From the human T2T-CHM13v2.0 reference genome, Homo sapiens: a DNA stretch of 64,000 nucleotides. Positions within the stretch are counted from its first letter, which is position 1. Every line of letters starts with the position of its first letter. The position numbers and the translations under genes were made by a program. The stretch lies in assembly GCF_009914755.1 (NCBI RefSeq), contig NC_060939.1; one strand, written 5' to 3'. The notes beneath the pieces were generated by a model. The model did no database searches. It had not been told where the DNA came from and saw nothing but the letters and a program-made list of their open reading frames with translations. This document shows, piece by piece, positions 30,401-49,300 of this stretch.

Positions 30401-30790
30401 GCCAGCCAAGCCACCCAGCCAGCCAATCCAGCCAAGCCTGCCAGCCAGCCAAGGTAGCCAAGCCGGCCAGCCAGCCAAGCCAGCCAAGCCACCCAGCCAG
30501 CCAAGCCAGCCAAGCCAGCCAGCCAACCAAGCCAGCCAAGCCAGCCATTCCAGCCAAGCCTGCCAGCCAGCCAAGCCAGCCAAGCCAGCCATTCCAGCCA
30601 AGCCTGCCAGCCAGCCAAGCCAGCCAATCCAGTCATTCCAGCCAAGCCTGCCAGCCAGCCAAGCCAGCCAAGCCAGCCAGCCAGCCAGCCAAGCCAGCCA
30701 AGCCACCCAGCCACCGAAGCCAGCCAGCCAGCCAGCCAAGCCACCCAGCCAAGCCAGCCAGCCAGCCCAGCCACCCAAGCCACCCAGCCA
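8726..30790. repeat. ~22 kb (GCCA/GCCAA)n satellite array with higher-order structure
   Basis: Continuous array of GCCA, GCCAA and GCCACCCA words (dominant 9-mer GCCAGCCAA). T is rare on the + strand. Rare variant words (cagtgggccgccc, gagagcaaag, cgtgtaa) recur at kilobase spacings. Confidence 0.98.
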
Positions 30791-32491
<1,701 letters not shown>

Positions 32492-32695
32492 CTAAGTTAC
32501 AGGGATATTGTCCAGATGAATGTGTCTGGTACATAGTAGCAATAAAAAAGACGTTAGCTGGCCAGGCATGGTGGCTCACGCCTGTTATCCTAACAATTTG
32601 GGAGGCCAAGGAGGGTGGATCACTTGAGGCCAGGAGTAGGAGACCAGCCTGGCCAACACAGTGAAACACTGTCTCTACTAAAAATACAAAAATTA

Positions 32696-33135
<440 letters not shown>

Positions 33136-33664
33136 TAAGAGCTTCATACCACACCTACAGGAAATATCTAGCAGCCAGTTCCATGCTCAGTTTCTTGAAG
33201 CATGAGATTCCAGGCCCCTAATATGGCACGTAACTGTGGGCAGTAGAGGCCTCAATTCTCCCATCTGAACCATGAGGAAGGTCACCCCGCCCTGAATCCC
33301 CTACAGGGCTGAGAGGAGGGCTCTGGAAACCTTGAAAAGGACTTTGTAGACTCTGAGCTGGGCACCCTCAAAGGCTTGATTAGGAAGGAGACAAGAGAAA
33401 GAATTAATCCACTTCCTGCCAAGGAAGCCAAGAGCTGAAGGAGAAATGGTCCGTGTCCTCCTCCAGGGCCTGCCCCTTAGCATGGTTCCTCCCTGTTAGG
33501 AGGGTTAAGAACTTGGCCAAGTCTCAGCTCCACTCATCTCTGGCTGTATGTTCTTTGTACTTCCCCTCTCTGAGTGTCGGGCTTCTCAACTGTGAAATGG
33601 GGGTGATAATGATAACAGCCTTACCAGGACTGTAGTAAGGACAAGCCTTGGCCCATTGGTTCAT

Positions 33665-34005
33665 TGTCTTAGTCTGCTCCTGTTGTTATAACAAAATACC
33701 TCAGACTCAGTAATATATAAACAACAGAAATATGTTGCTCATAGTTCTAGAGGCCGAGAAATCCACGAACAAGGCGTCAGTAGATTGGGTGTCAATGAGG
33801 GCCTGTTCCTCATAGAGGACATCTTCTATGTGTCCTTACATGGTAGAAGGGGTGAACAAACTCCCTCAGGCTTCTTTTATAAGGGCACTAATCCCATTTA
33901 TAAGGATGGAGCTTCATGAAGTGATCGCCCCCAAAAGTCCCACCTCTTAATACTACCACATTGCAGATTATGTTTCAATATATAAATTGGAGGAGACACA
34001 TTGAG
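33665..34005 (-). mobile_element. ERVL-MaLR solo LTR (MLT1A-like)
   Basis: tgtcttagtctgctc...ataacaaaatacc...aacagaaat...ctcatagttctagaggc...cttcttttataagggcactaatcccatt...cccacctcttaatacta is the typical antisense MLT1A/MST signature. Confidence 0.8.
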
Positions 34006-34043
34006 ACACATGGATATTGGTTGAATAATTATCTTTTTTTTAA

Positions 34044-34346
<303 letters not shown>

Positions 34347-34440
34347 TAATTATCTTTTGACACCTGGTCTGCAATTCTCATGGAGTTTCCGGTCTGGAAG
34401 AAGAGTCTGTATGTAATGTGTTTGGCACAGGTAGGTGCCC

Positions 34441-34492
34441 AATGGGTGGGTAGATGGATGGATGGATGGATGGATGGGTGGATGGATGAGAT
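34441..34492. repeat. (GGAT)n microsatellite
   Basis: gatggatggatggatggatggatgggtggatggatg. Confidence 0.9.
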
Positions 34493-35022
34493 GAGTGACT
34501 TACTGCAGGTCTCACAGTTATAAAGTAACTCTTCCTGATAGCTCACACTGGCCACCAAAGACACATTAAACACTGATTTGAGAGGTACTCCGTGGACCAA
34601 ATTACATGAGCAAAGTCTTAGAATTAGGAATTATTGCAGCATGGATGAGAGGCACTCATTTTATGTTCTCTTTCAGTATTTTTCCCAACAAGATCCTGAG
34701 AAGGAGGATCTGGATGGAGGTTCTGCCAGAGCCCCCTGGAGCAGAGCCAGGAGGTTGAGTAGGGAGTTGCGCTCCACAGCCCATATGAGCAGGCAGGAGC
34801 AGGCCAAGCCTGAGGGTTGGGCCTCAGAGGCCTGGTCTGGCCGTATTTGGTTTTCAAGGAACTGGAAGGCTTCTCACCTCCTCTGCTGTCCAGGCACAGA
34901 AGCAAGGCCACCCACAGTTGCTGAGTCAGGGAGGCCCCTAGGGCAGGAACAGAGGCCCCACAACGGGGTAACTTGAACACAGTGGTTCAGAGCCTGGTCT
35001 CTTAGTGTCAAGAAGATATGGT

Positions 35023-35319
35023 GCCGGGAACAGTGGTGTGTCCCTGTGGTTCCTGCTCCTCAGAAGGCTGAGGCAGGAGGATAAGCCTAGGGATTCTTGA
35101 GCCCAAGAGTTCTAGGCTGTAGTGTGCTATATTGATCGAGTGTCTGTGCTAAGTTCAGCTTCAATATGGTGACCTCCTGTAAGCAAGGGTGTCTAAGGAG
35201 GGGTGAACAGGCCCAGGATGAAAATGGAGCAGGTCAAAACTGTGCTGATCAGTGGAGGGATTGTGACTGTGAATAGCCACTGCATTCCACCCTAGACAAC
35301 ATAGTGAGACTCCGTCTCT
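35023..35319 (+). pseudogene. 7SL (SRP RNA) processed pseudogene, near full length and degenerate
   Basis: Alu-domain ends plus the S-domain that Alus lack: ctaagttcagcttcaatatggtgacctcc...ctaaggaggggtgaacaggcccagg...ggagcaggtcaaaact..gtgctgatcagt...gtgaatagccactgca, followed by an A-rich tail; many substitutions and indels relative to 7SL. Confidence 0.93.
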
Positions 35320-35511
35320 AAAAGCAAATAAATAGGCTGGGTGCAGTGGGCTCACGCCTGTAATCCCAGCACTTTAGGAGGCCAAGGTGGGCGGATCACT
35401 TGAGGTCAGGAGTTCAAGACCAGCCTGGCCAATATGGCGAAACCCTGTCTTTACTAAAAATATAAAAATTAGCTGGTCATGATTTCATGTGCCTGTGGTC
35501 CCAGCTACTCA

Positions 35512-35757
<246 letters not shown>

Positions 35758-35964
35758 CTATCAGAGCCTTTGTTTTTTAATCTGTAAAAACAACAAAAAT
35801 AGCAGTAAAAACAAGCACCATTACTGAGTTCATTATGTACAAGCCTCTGCTAAGCACCTTACCTGCATTATCTTATTTAATTGTCATCACAGTAAACAAG
35901 TTTTATTATTGTCCTCGTGAAACAAAATACATGAGAACAGTGTCTCTCATCCATGCTGCCATAA

Positions 35965-36396
<432 letters not shown>

Positions 36397-36681
36397 TGAG
36401 GAAGCTGAGGCACACAGGGTGAGATCACATTCAAGTAAGAGACAGAGCTAGAGGCTGGGTGCAGTGGCTCACACCTGTAATCACAGCACTTTGGGAGGCT
36501 GAGGCGGGTGGATCACCTGAGGTCGGGAGTTTGAGACCAGCCTGATCAACATGGAGAAACCCCGTCTCTACTAAAAATACAAAATTAGCTGGGCATGGTG
36601 GCGCATGCCTGTAATCCCAGCTACTCGGGAGGCCGAGGCAGGAGAATCGCTTGAACCCGGGAGGTGGATCCCAGCTACTCA

Positions 36682-36786
<105 letters not shown>

Positions 36787-36865
36787 TCAAAAAAAAAAAA
36801 AAGACAGAGCTAGGAAGTGCTTACAACTTCCTCATGCTTACCTACATTTCAATTTCTGTTATTGA

Positions 36866-37060
<195 letters not shown>

Positions 37061-37876
37061 TGACACTGGGCTAATTTTTGTATTTTTAGTAGAGATGTGG
37101 TTTCACCATGTTGGCCAGGCTGGTCTCAAACTCCTGACCTCAGGTGATTCACCCACCTCAGCCTCCCAAAGTGCTGGGATTACAGACGTGAGCCACCGCA
37201 CCTGGCCTACATTTTTTTTTAAGTGCTGTCAAATGCATACCTTCTACTTTTCTTCAATAAATGTCAACTCTTTACCCATTATGTGCCAGTCCCTGTGGGG
37301 TGTGCCAAGCAGAAAAAGCACTGATCTAAGATGTGTGGCTCAGTTATGTGTAGATCCATGACCTTGCTGGGCTTTAGGATCCTTATCTATAAAATGGATA
37401 TCATTATATCTTACCAGTAAGAACTGCTGAGGATAAAGGCAGACCGTACTTGTGAAAGTGTTCTGTAATACAAACTAGGGTTGTTCATTTTCCTTCTGCA
37501 GTGCTCAGCTCTGGCCTCACCTCTCCTGTTTGCATTTTCCGTTTCCTTCCTGCCTGTGTTCAGGCCTGCAGACTTCTGTCTGTCCTCCCTGGTCTAACTC
37601 CCTTATCCTACTTGCCAAGCCTTACTGTGATGTCATTTAATAAATTCTGGAGACACAAGGAGTGCCTCGTAGAGATGGACAATTTCCTTCAGTAGTCTCC
37701 TGCTGTTTTTAGAGTTGCCTCCAGGTGCCTGGGCCTGTGGGTGTTGGGCAGGAGAACCCTCCTCCCATGGCAGAAATAAGTGGGAGAAGTAGGGATTGCC
37801 TTCCTCCAATAATAATGCTTTGGCCCTAAAAACGAAACTCTCGAACCCCATAGAATATTTTATTTTATTTTTTTGA

Positions 37877-38227
<351 letters not shown>

Positions 38228-38274
38228 TCAAAACATGAAAGGATGACTTGCTCCATATCAAACCTCCTAATTAA

Positions 38275-38400
<126 letters not shown>

Positions 38401-38751
38401 TGATCCTCCCAGCTCAGTTTCCTGAGTAGCTGGGACTACAGGTGTATGCCACCATGCCTGGCTAATTTTTGTATTTTTTTGTAAAGACAGAGTTTTGCCA
38501 TGTTGCCGAGGCCGCTCTTGAACTCCTAAGCTCAAGCAATCCACCGACCTCGTCCTGCCAAAGTGCTGGGATTACAGGTGTGAGCCACCACACCTGGTCT
38601 GCAATTTTTATCTAAGGCAGGATTTACTGATTTATTTAGAGACAGAGTCTGTCTCTGTTGCCCAGGCTGGAGTGCAGTGGTGTGATCATGACTCAGTGCA
38701 AGCTTAAACTCCTGGACTCAAACAATCTTCCTACTTCAGCCTCTTGAGTAG

Positions 38752-38930
<179 letters not shown>

Positions 38931-39068
38931 TGAGTGCCACCACACCGAGCTAATTTTTGTATTTTTAGTGGAGATGGGGTTTCACCATGTCGGCCAGGAT
39001 GATCTTGATCTCTTGACCTCGTGATCCTCCCCCTTAGGCCTCCCAAAGTGCTGGGATTACAGGCATGA

Positions 39069-39276
<208 letters not shown>

Positions 39277-39633
39277 TAGTAGAGACAGGGTTTCACCGTG
39301 TTAGCCAGGATGGTTTCGATCTCCTGACCTTGTGATCCGCCTGCCTCAGCCTCCCAAAGTGCTGGGATTACAGGCGTGAACCACCGCACCCAGCCCACAC
39401 CTGCTTCTTAAAGGACCAAGTCCTGGCTGGGCTCAGTGGCTCATGCCTATAATCCCAGCACTTTGGGAGGCCGAGGTGGGCAGATCTCTTGAGTCCAAGA
39501 GTTTAAGACCAGCCTGGGCATAGTGAAATCTCATCTCTACAAACCATTAAAAAATGTTTTGGCCAGGCATGGTGGCTCACATTTGTAATCCCAGCACTTT
39601 GGGAGGCCGAGGCATGTGGATCACCTGAGGTCA

Positions 39634-39840
<207 letters not shown>

Positions 39841-41695
39841 TCAAAAAAAAAAATGTTTTAAAGGGACCAAGTCCTTTTAGGGGGGCTTCTGATCATTTAA
39901 ATCTCCAATAACAGAAGAGGTTTTCAAATGTTACCCCGGGGATTCCTCATTGCCCGCTCCCAGTATTTTCCAAGAAAGACCTGAGGCTCCTTTCTGAGCT
40001 TCATTCCCTTGTTCTCCTCCCAGCCCCTCAGCTGTCTTTTGTACCAATTGGGTAGTTATTAATTGCTCCCTAATTGCAAATTGGCTGCCTCCTTACTGGC
40101 TCCCACCCATGCTGGCTGGCTGACCCAGGGGTCACATGCATCCTTCAGGGAAAGCTGTTTTGTGAATCCAGTGGTTCAGTTGTTCCACACATGTGTGTTG
40201 AGCCCCTTCGTTGATGCCAGATCCTTTCTAGGTCCTGGGGACCCTGTTGAGCGAGACAAACCCAAGTCCCTGGCTTCTCAGAGCTCACAGTCTAGCAGGA
40301 GACAACAAAAAAATTAATCATTTCCGATCGTCAGTGCTGTGATGGGGAGTAATTACAGTACAGAGTAATTTTGGGGAGCTTCAGATACGTGCTCTGGGAA
40401 GACCTTTCTAAGGAGGTGACGTGTGAGTTAAGATATGAATGGTAATCCGGAGCCAGCCAGAGTGAAGATGAGGTCGAAGAGCACAGTCCCGGGGGAGAAG
40501 AAAGCAAAGGCAGAGGCCAGGTGAGAGGAAGCAGCATGGCCTCTCTCAGGGGCATTCATTTCATCTATGAAGCCCTAAGGGATTCTGAAGTCAAACATCA
40601 GGTTGGGCCTAGTTGTAAGGTTTAGGGCAAAACACCCCTCCTACTCCCTGTTGTTAGAGACCAGAGTCGGCGTTTGCCCCCACCTGGCCCCGCTCCAGAA
40701 GGAGGGGTTATTATACGTCTGATTGAATCAGCTTCCAGCATCCTTATTGGTCCTTGGAGGTAATTAGGGCACTGTCGCTTCAAAGTCCCAAATTCAGGCG
40801 CCCCACTGGGGACTACAGTGACCGCTCCCCACCCCACCCACCGCAAGCTCAGAGGTTGGAGAGAACTGCCTCCCCGAAGGAACCCAGACCCAGGCTTGAG
40901 ACTTTGCAAAGAGACACAAGATGCGGGTTGCCATGTGAAGTTTCCGGATTTTTTAAAATGTTAGAACGATGAATTGGAAAAGCTTTAAAACACTGCACAG
41001 GCCAAACAACATGTCTATGGGCAGGACCTGGCCAGCTGGCCTGGGTGCGGTGGGGCTTGGTGAATGCCTAGAGGTAGGGATGAGGGAGAGAAGGAGTCAG
41101 GAAGGATGCTAACTGCATCCTGGACTCTGGGACACCCATGCCCTGGCAGAGATGTGCCCTAAGAGGAACGAACTCACGGCCACAGGCACAGATTGAGCAC
41201 CTACTGTGTGCATGGCTCTGTGCTAGGATGGGGGATACAAAACACTTCAGAGGACTGCACCTTCGCTCAGGGCTGGATGGGCCGACCTCAGGAAACCTGG
41301 GTTCCAGCCTTGACTTGCTCTCCTATAATTGCTGTGTGAACTTGGGTTGAGTCATCATCTCTCTGGGATTCAGCACACAGCCTTTGTTGACATTAGATTA
41401 ACTAAATCCAGTAAGGGAAGATTTTGAAGGGCCTCTGGGTGTCTGGATAGGGAATCTGGGCTGGGTCTAATAGGAAGTAGGAACCACCCCAGGTTCTTGA
41501 GCAGGGGAGTGACATGTTTAAGAGGAAAGTGAAGCAGGCCACCTGTGCAGAGACACACATCATCCAGGTGTGGGGTAGTGACGACAGCAACTAAAGCGTA
41601 TGCAAATCAGATCTCATCACCTCTAGCTCAAAAACCTTCCATGGGTCCCTGCAGCCCTCACATGAAAGTCCTTTCCTCTTACTATGGTCCATGAG

Positions 41696-41830
41696 CAGGG
41701 CCAGCTTCATGCAATGAAGGGTCAGTGTAATGCTCTGCTGTCACTATCTTGAAATACTTAATAATTTTTGAACAAGGAGCTCCTTTTTCTCATTTTGCAC
41801 CAGGTCCTGCAAATTATGAAGGTTCCCACA
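41696..41830 (+). mobile_element. MER91-like hAT-Tip100 DNA transposon remnant
   Basis: cagggccagcttcatg...taatgctctgctgtcactatcttgaaatacttaataatttttgaacaagg...cattttgcaccaggtcctgcaaattatg resembles the MER91A consensus as I recall it. Confidence 0.65.
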
Positions 41831-42126
41831 GGGGCCTTTCAGTCTGGGCCTTTTCCCCTCTCCCCATCCAAACCCCACTTCTCCCTTACCCTTCATACTT
41901 CACTCACGTTGGTCTTCCATCAGTTTCTGGAGATTGTTCCTGCCTTGGGACATTTGCGTAGTCTGTTCCCCTTGCCTGGAACACCCCCACCCCCACGTCG
42001 AGACCAACTTAGTTTTTTGTTCAACAATTTCTTATCTTCCAGACTTGAGCATAATTATCTCCTGAGAGATAACTCCTCTGACCTCCCAGAACTACCTGTT
42101 CAAAACAAAACTTTAAAAATTATTTA

Positions 42127-42661
<535 letters not shown>

Positions 42662-42823
42662 TCAGTGAGCCATGATTGCGCCACTGCACTCCTACCTGTG
42701 CGACAGAGCTAGACCCTGTCTCAAAAAAAAATGCAGTAATGGAGGCATTTCAGACATCTGTCAGCAGCCATAGGTGTTCAGGGGCTTTGTGCTTATAAAG
42801 GTTTATTCAGTAACAAATATTCA

Positions 42824-43099
<276 letters not shown>

Positions 43100-43111
43100 T
43101 TAAAAACTTAA

Positions 43112-43459
<348 letters not shown>

Positions 43460-43916
43460 TAGCCAAATTGCCATCTCTTAATGAAGTAAATAAAACCATT
43501 TACACCACAAGAGACAGAGGGAAGGGATAGGATTTATCGAAAACATAATAAATCCCCTTGGCCAAATTCATGGACCCTGGCAGGGTAAGATCAGAGATAG
43601 CATCATTTCTGCCTATGTGGCTGACATTCATTATGTAAGGCCCATGTACCAGGATCCCCATCCCATGCAAGCTCTGTGAATGATCACTCCCAACCTTATA
43701 AGGTTGGAAGTATTAGCTCCCCACTTTGTGGATGAGGAAACTGAGGCCTAGAGAAATTAAGTAACTTGCCAAATGTCACACAGTGAAGAATTGACAGAGT
43801 TGGGATTTGTACCTAGATCTGTCCAACTCCAGATCTCCCTGAGCCCTTCACTACCGCAAAATAGCTACTCAACTGGCTTGCTGTATGATTTGGGGCAAGT
43901 TCCTCAACCTTTCTGA

Positions 43917-44244
<328 letters not shown>

Positions 44245-44764
44245 TAAGACAAGGTCTTATTCTGCCACCCAGGCTGGAATGCAGTGGGCAATCTCTGCTT
44301 ACTGCAGCCTCAACCTCCTAGGGTCAAGTGATCCTCCCACTTCAGCCTCCCAAGTAGCTGGGACTACAGGCATGCGGCACCAGGCCCAGTTAAGCTGAGC
44401 CTCAAATTCTTTACCTATAACTTGTCCCTTATTTAAGCTAACACATGGTAGGTGCTGAAGTTGATTCTCTCTCTCTCTCTCTCTTTTTTTTTTTTTCTTG
44501 AGACACGGTCTTGCTCTGTCACCCAGGCTGGAGTGCAATGGCATGATCTCAGTTCAGTGCAGCCTCAACCTCCTGAGCTCAAGCAATCCTCCTGCCTCAG
44601 CTCCCCAGAGTAGTGGGATTACAGGCATGCACCACTGTTGATTCTTTATAGATGTTAATTCTCTACTTAACACACACGCCCCTCCAACTCCCACCACACA
44701 TACAGACACAGACACACACACACACGCATGCATGCACGCACACCAGCCCCACAACAGGAGGAAT

Positions 44765-45560
44765 GTAACAGAAGCAATGCTTTGTGTTCTGTAACCTGTT
44801 TCCTTTTCCTGGACACACAGGAAGGTCATGTTCTCATTTTTCCTGCAGTTAGTAGAGTCATGTGACTACATAAAGGCCAATGAAATTATACGTGACCCCT
44901 GCGCAAAGGCAGTTAAGTGTGGATGTGCCTCCTTTGATTTTCTGATTCCCTTTCCACATGCAGAGGATTCAGGAATAGATTCCATGGAGAGCCTGGGGTG
45001 GAGGCAGGATTGGGGGGCAAGGTCACTGCTTGGAAAAGAGCTCCCTGGGAGAGCCCCAACCTATATCAGACTTTGCAGGAGTGAGAAATAAACTCTGATT
45101 GGGTTAAACCACTGAGATATTTGGTTTGTTACAGCAGCCAGCATTAATTACACTGAATAAAACTGTGTATCAGTTATCAATTGCCACAACAATGCTACAT
45201 AACAAACCACCCCAAAACTTAGTGCCTTAAAACAGCAACCATTTTTTTAGCTCAAGATTTCATGGACTGGCACTTTAGCCTGGGCTCAGCTAAAGATTTT
45301 TCTGGTCTCAATTGGGCTTACTCATGTATCTGTGGTCAGCTATTGGATTAGATGGTGACTGACTAGGACAGCTTCAGCTAGGATAACTAGTCCCTGTTCC
45401 AGTGGTCTCTTAGGCAGGATAGCCCAGGCTTGTTCACATAACAGCTGCGAGAGTTCCAAGAGAATGAGTGGAATCTCTTAAGGCCCAATCTCTTAACACC
45501 CAGGCTTCGAACTGGCAATGCTACTTCCATATATTCTATTGGCCAAAAATAGTCACATGC
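44765..45560. mobile_element. Two old MaLR (MLT1-type) LTR remnants tail to tail (~44765-45160 +, ~45166-45560 -)
   Basis: aaataaactct...ttaaaccactgagatatttggtttgttacagcagc (MLT1 3' end) followed by tgtatcagttatcaattgcc...taacaaaccaccccaaaacttagtg.cttaaaacagcaaccattt (antisense MLT1 end). Confidence 0.7.
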
Positions 45561-46144
45561 CTGGCTGGGAATGGTGGCTCACACCTGTGTAATTCCAGCA
45601 CTTTGGGAGGCTGAGGTGGACGGATTACTTGAAACTAGGAGTTTGAGACCAGCCTGGACAACATGGGGAAACTCTATCTCTATAAAAATTTGTCAGGTGT
45701 GGTGGTGAGTGCCTGTAGTCCCAGCTACTCAGGAGGCTGAGGTGAGAGGATCACCTGAGCCCAGACAGGTCAAGGCTGTAGTGTGCCATGATCACACCAC
45801 TGCACTCCAGCTTGGGTGACAGAGATCCTGTCTTAAAAAATAAAAAAGAGCTCAGCCTCTAGAACCACAGCCCTGGGCTTAAGTCCTGACTCACTTGCTA
45901 TTGATTTTGGGCAAGTGCCGCTCCTCTCTGAGACTCACATTTCCCTTCTATAAAACAGGTGCTGGGGCCGGGCATGGTGGCTCTCACCTGTAATCCCAGC
46001 ACTTTGGGAGGCCAAGGCAGGCGAATCACCTAAGTTCAGGAGTTCAAGACTAGCCTGGACAACATGGTGAAATCCCGTCTCTACTAAAAATATAAAACTT
46101 AGCCAGGCGTGGTGGCACACGCCAGTAATCCTAGCTACTCACTA

Positions 46145-46315
<171 letters not shown>

Positions 46316-49300
46316 CTAACATTGGGGGCTATTGTGAGAATTGACTGAGGGAATGCACCATGGAAATGTGTGCTGTAAATTACCTATTTTATTACACCCA
46401 ACGTGGGCTTAATAGCTGTCAGGGAGTGTTAGTATTATCTCCCCCAAACCCTCAATTTACAGAGGAGAAAACAGAGGCTCAGGCAGGTGATGTGACTTGC
46501 CAAGGCTGCATAGCTAAGGAGCAGTGATGAACCCACCGTACTTAAGTTTGTCTGTTTCCAGAATCTAAGGTCTTAGCCTCGCTACAGTTAGAAAGTCCTA
46601 GGTTTGAGTCTCGACTCTGTCCATTATAGCTGTGTGACCTTGGGCAAGTCACTTTTCTCTCTGGGCCTCATTTTTTTCTTCGTCTAAAGAAATTAGCATC
46701 TGTCTCATAATGCCATGGGGAATCAATGGGAAAATACAAAGAAAGTGCTTAGCAGAGTGCCAAGGAGGGACAGTATGCATGCTCAGCAATTGAAGGCTGC
46801 CAAGTTCCTGTTATCATCAGGGGCAGTGTTCCATCCATCAAAAGGGCTAAGAATAGTCTTAGCCTGGCCAGGCACAGTGGCTCATGCCTGTAATCCCAGC
46901 ATTTTGGGAGGCCGAGGCAGATGGATCACCTCAGTTCAGGAGTTCAAGACCAGCCTGGCCAACATGTCGAAACCCCGTCTCTACTGAAAATACAAAAATT
47001 AGCCAGGCGTGGTGACGGGCCCCTGTAATCCCAGCTAATTGGGAGGCTGAGGCAGGAGAATCACTTGAAGCCAGGAGGCAGGGGTTTCAGTGAGCCGAGA
47101 TTGCGCCACTGCACTCTAGCCTGGGTGACAGAGTGAGACTCTGTCTTAAAAAAAAAAAAAAAAGAAATAGTCTTAGCCAGTGGGGGTAGGGTGAGGAATA
47201 AGTAAGTTACTGTGGGCTATGCTTTAGCACAGTGCCCAGCACATATTATAAACTTCATAAGCAGTTGCTATTTTAAAGGGTTTTTGTTTTGTTTTGTTTT
47301 TGTTTTTGAGACAAGACCTCACTCTGTCGCCCAGGCTGGAGTGCAGTACTTTTAAAGTTCTGAACCCTGTTGGAGGCCAACATGAGACCATGGGGGACCC
47401 CAGGCTCCAACTGGCAGTGGCTCCAGGCACTGCCTCTGCTGCCGTTTGGCTATTATTAGGCCCGGCGTCCTCATCTCAAATCCAGGTGGGGAGCGAGAAG
47501 GGTGGTAGGGCAGGGCCTGGCTGGCGGAAGGCTGGGAACACGGCTTGGAGGCTGGGTTAGGGTTTGGGCCCCACCCTGCCTGCCTTCCCTTGTTTGCAGC
47601 TGGTCCAGCCACCATGTCTACACTTGGCTCTGAGGTTGGTGCAGAGCACTGCCTCCCACCATGGCCGCCTCCTCTGGGAAGATTCAGAGCCCTTCTGCAG
47701 CCTCAGCACTTTTCTGCCTGCCCCAGAGAGGCCAGGCCTGCGTGGAAACTCTGAATTGGACACTGCGCGCCTTCAGAACCAGCAAAGGAGCCATCCACCC
47801 TGCTGTCTACAGGTCTTCATGCCTCCAGTGAGGCTTACTGGATCTGCTGAGGGGGAAGGGCCTATATACCTGGGTTCAAATCCCTTCCCTACCACCAACA
47901 TGCAGTGTCAACTTGGACAAATGACTTCCCCTCTCTGAGCCTCAGTTTCTTTGCCCATAAAAGGGACAGACTATTAGCATCTGCTTTATAGGGCTGTGGT
48001 GATGGTTACATGAGTGCATGGTATGCCATAGGCACTCAATATGTGTCAGTTATTTCATGCTTAAGTGTGCCAGGACCTGAGGAGGAAACAAAGTTTTGGG
48101 AGGTTGAGAATCTGGGATGCAGAATGGCTCTGCTCCTGATTTGCTACACTACCTGAAGCCTGTCCCTTGTCCTCTCTGGGACTCAGTTACCTATTTGAAC
48201 CATAAGGTGGGTATCCAGGACTCTGTGATGCCAAGATTCAGGTGCTATGTTCAGAAGTAGAGAGAAGGGTTTGCTGGGATCCCACACTGACAGGTTGGTA
48301 AAATATTCATTCTCGGACTGGACTCTGGAGCCAAAATACCCTCGGCCCCTGAGCTGCTCCAGATACTCCCTACTCTGCCAGTCCAGGGCTGAACCTGGAA
48401 GAATCTAGACCCTTCTTGTTACAGTTTTTTGCCCTAGGAGGGCCTGAAGGAAGCCAGTCAAACCCCCTCATTTTACAGATGGGCAGACTGAGGCCCAGGT
48501 CTCCCCAGTGCTCAGGCTTCATCCAAGCGGAGCTTCCAAATGGTGGATGGTAGAATATGGTGATTAAGAACAAATGTTCTGGCCAGGCGCAGTGGCTCAC
48601 GCCTGTAATCTTAGCACTTCAGAAGGTCAAGGCAGGAGGATTGCTTGAACCCAGGAGTTCAAGACTAGCCCTGGCAACACAGGGAGACCCTTGTCTCTAC
48701 AAAAAATAAAAAAAATTAGCCGGGCATGGTGGCATGTGTCTGTAGTCCCACTGTGAGCCTGGGAGGTCAAGGCTGCAGTAAGCCATGGTTGTGCCACTCC
48801 ACTCTCCAGCCTGGGCGACAGAGTGAGACTCTGTCTCAAAGACAAAACAAAACAAAAAAAAACAACAAAAGAACGAGGGTTCTGAGTCTGTCTCCTTATC
48901 TGTATAATGGTGGTCCTACCTCACAGGACTCAAGCTGTGAAGGTCATAGTGGTAACAAAATTGCCACACATGTAGTATAAGCATGATCAGGAGCCAGTGT
49001 CCAACCCATCAGGTAGCAATTACATAGTGTCCCACCATGAGCCTAGACCCCCACTCCCTGCGCCCAGGCATCAGGGACTCCCAGAAGTCTAAAGAGGTCC
49101 AGGCTGGCACATCCAGAACTCTCTCCTTCCTGTTCCAGCCCCTTGCCTCTCCTTTGTCTGTGAGGCTGGGTCTCCTGGAATTCATTGCTGCCCAGTGGGC
49201 ATCTGAGGCCCTTTCTCCTCCTGCAGGGCCAGAAGTTTGCCTGGCACTATTGCCCAGAGAACACAGTGGCTGGATGACATCATGGAGATGATGGCCTTGC

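Noticed and set aside
35023-35319. Functional SRP RNA gene
   Set aside because: Numerous substitutions, CpG decay, an insertion near 35083-35095, S-domain deletions and an A-rich tail indicate a retroposed pseudogene.
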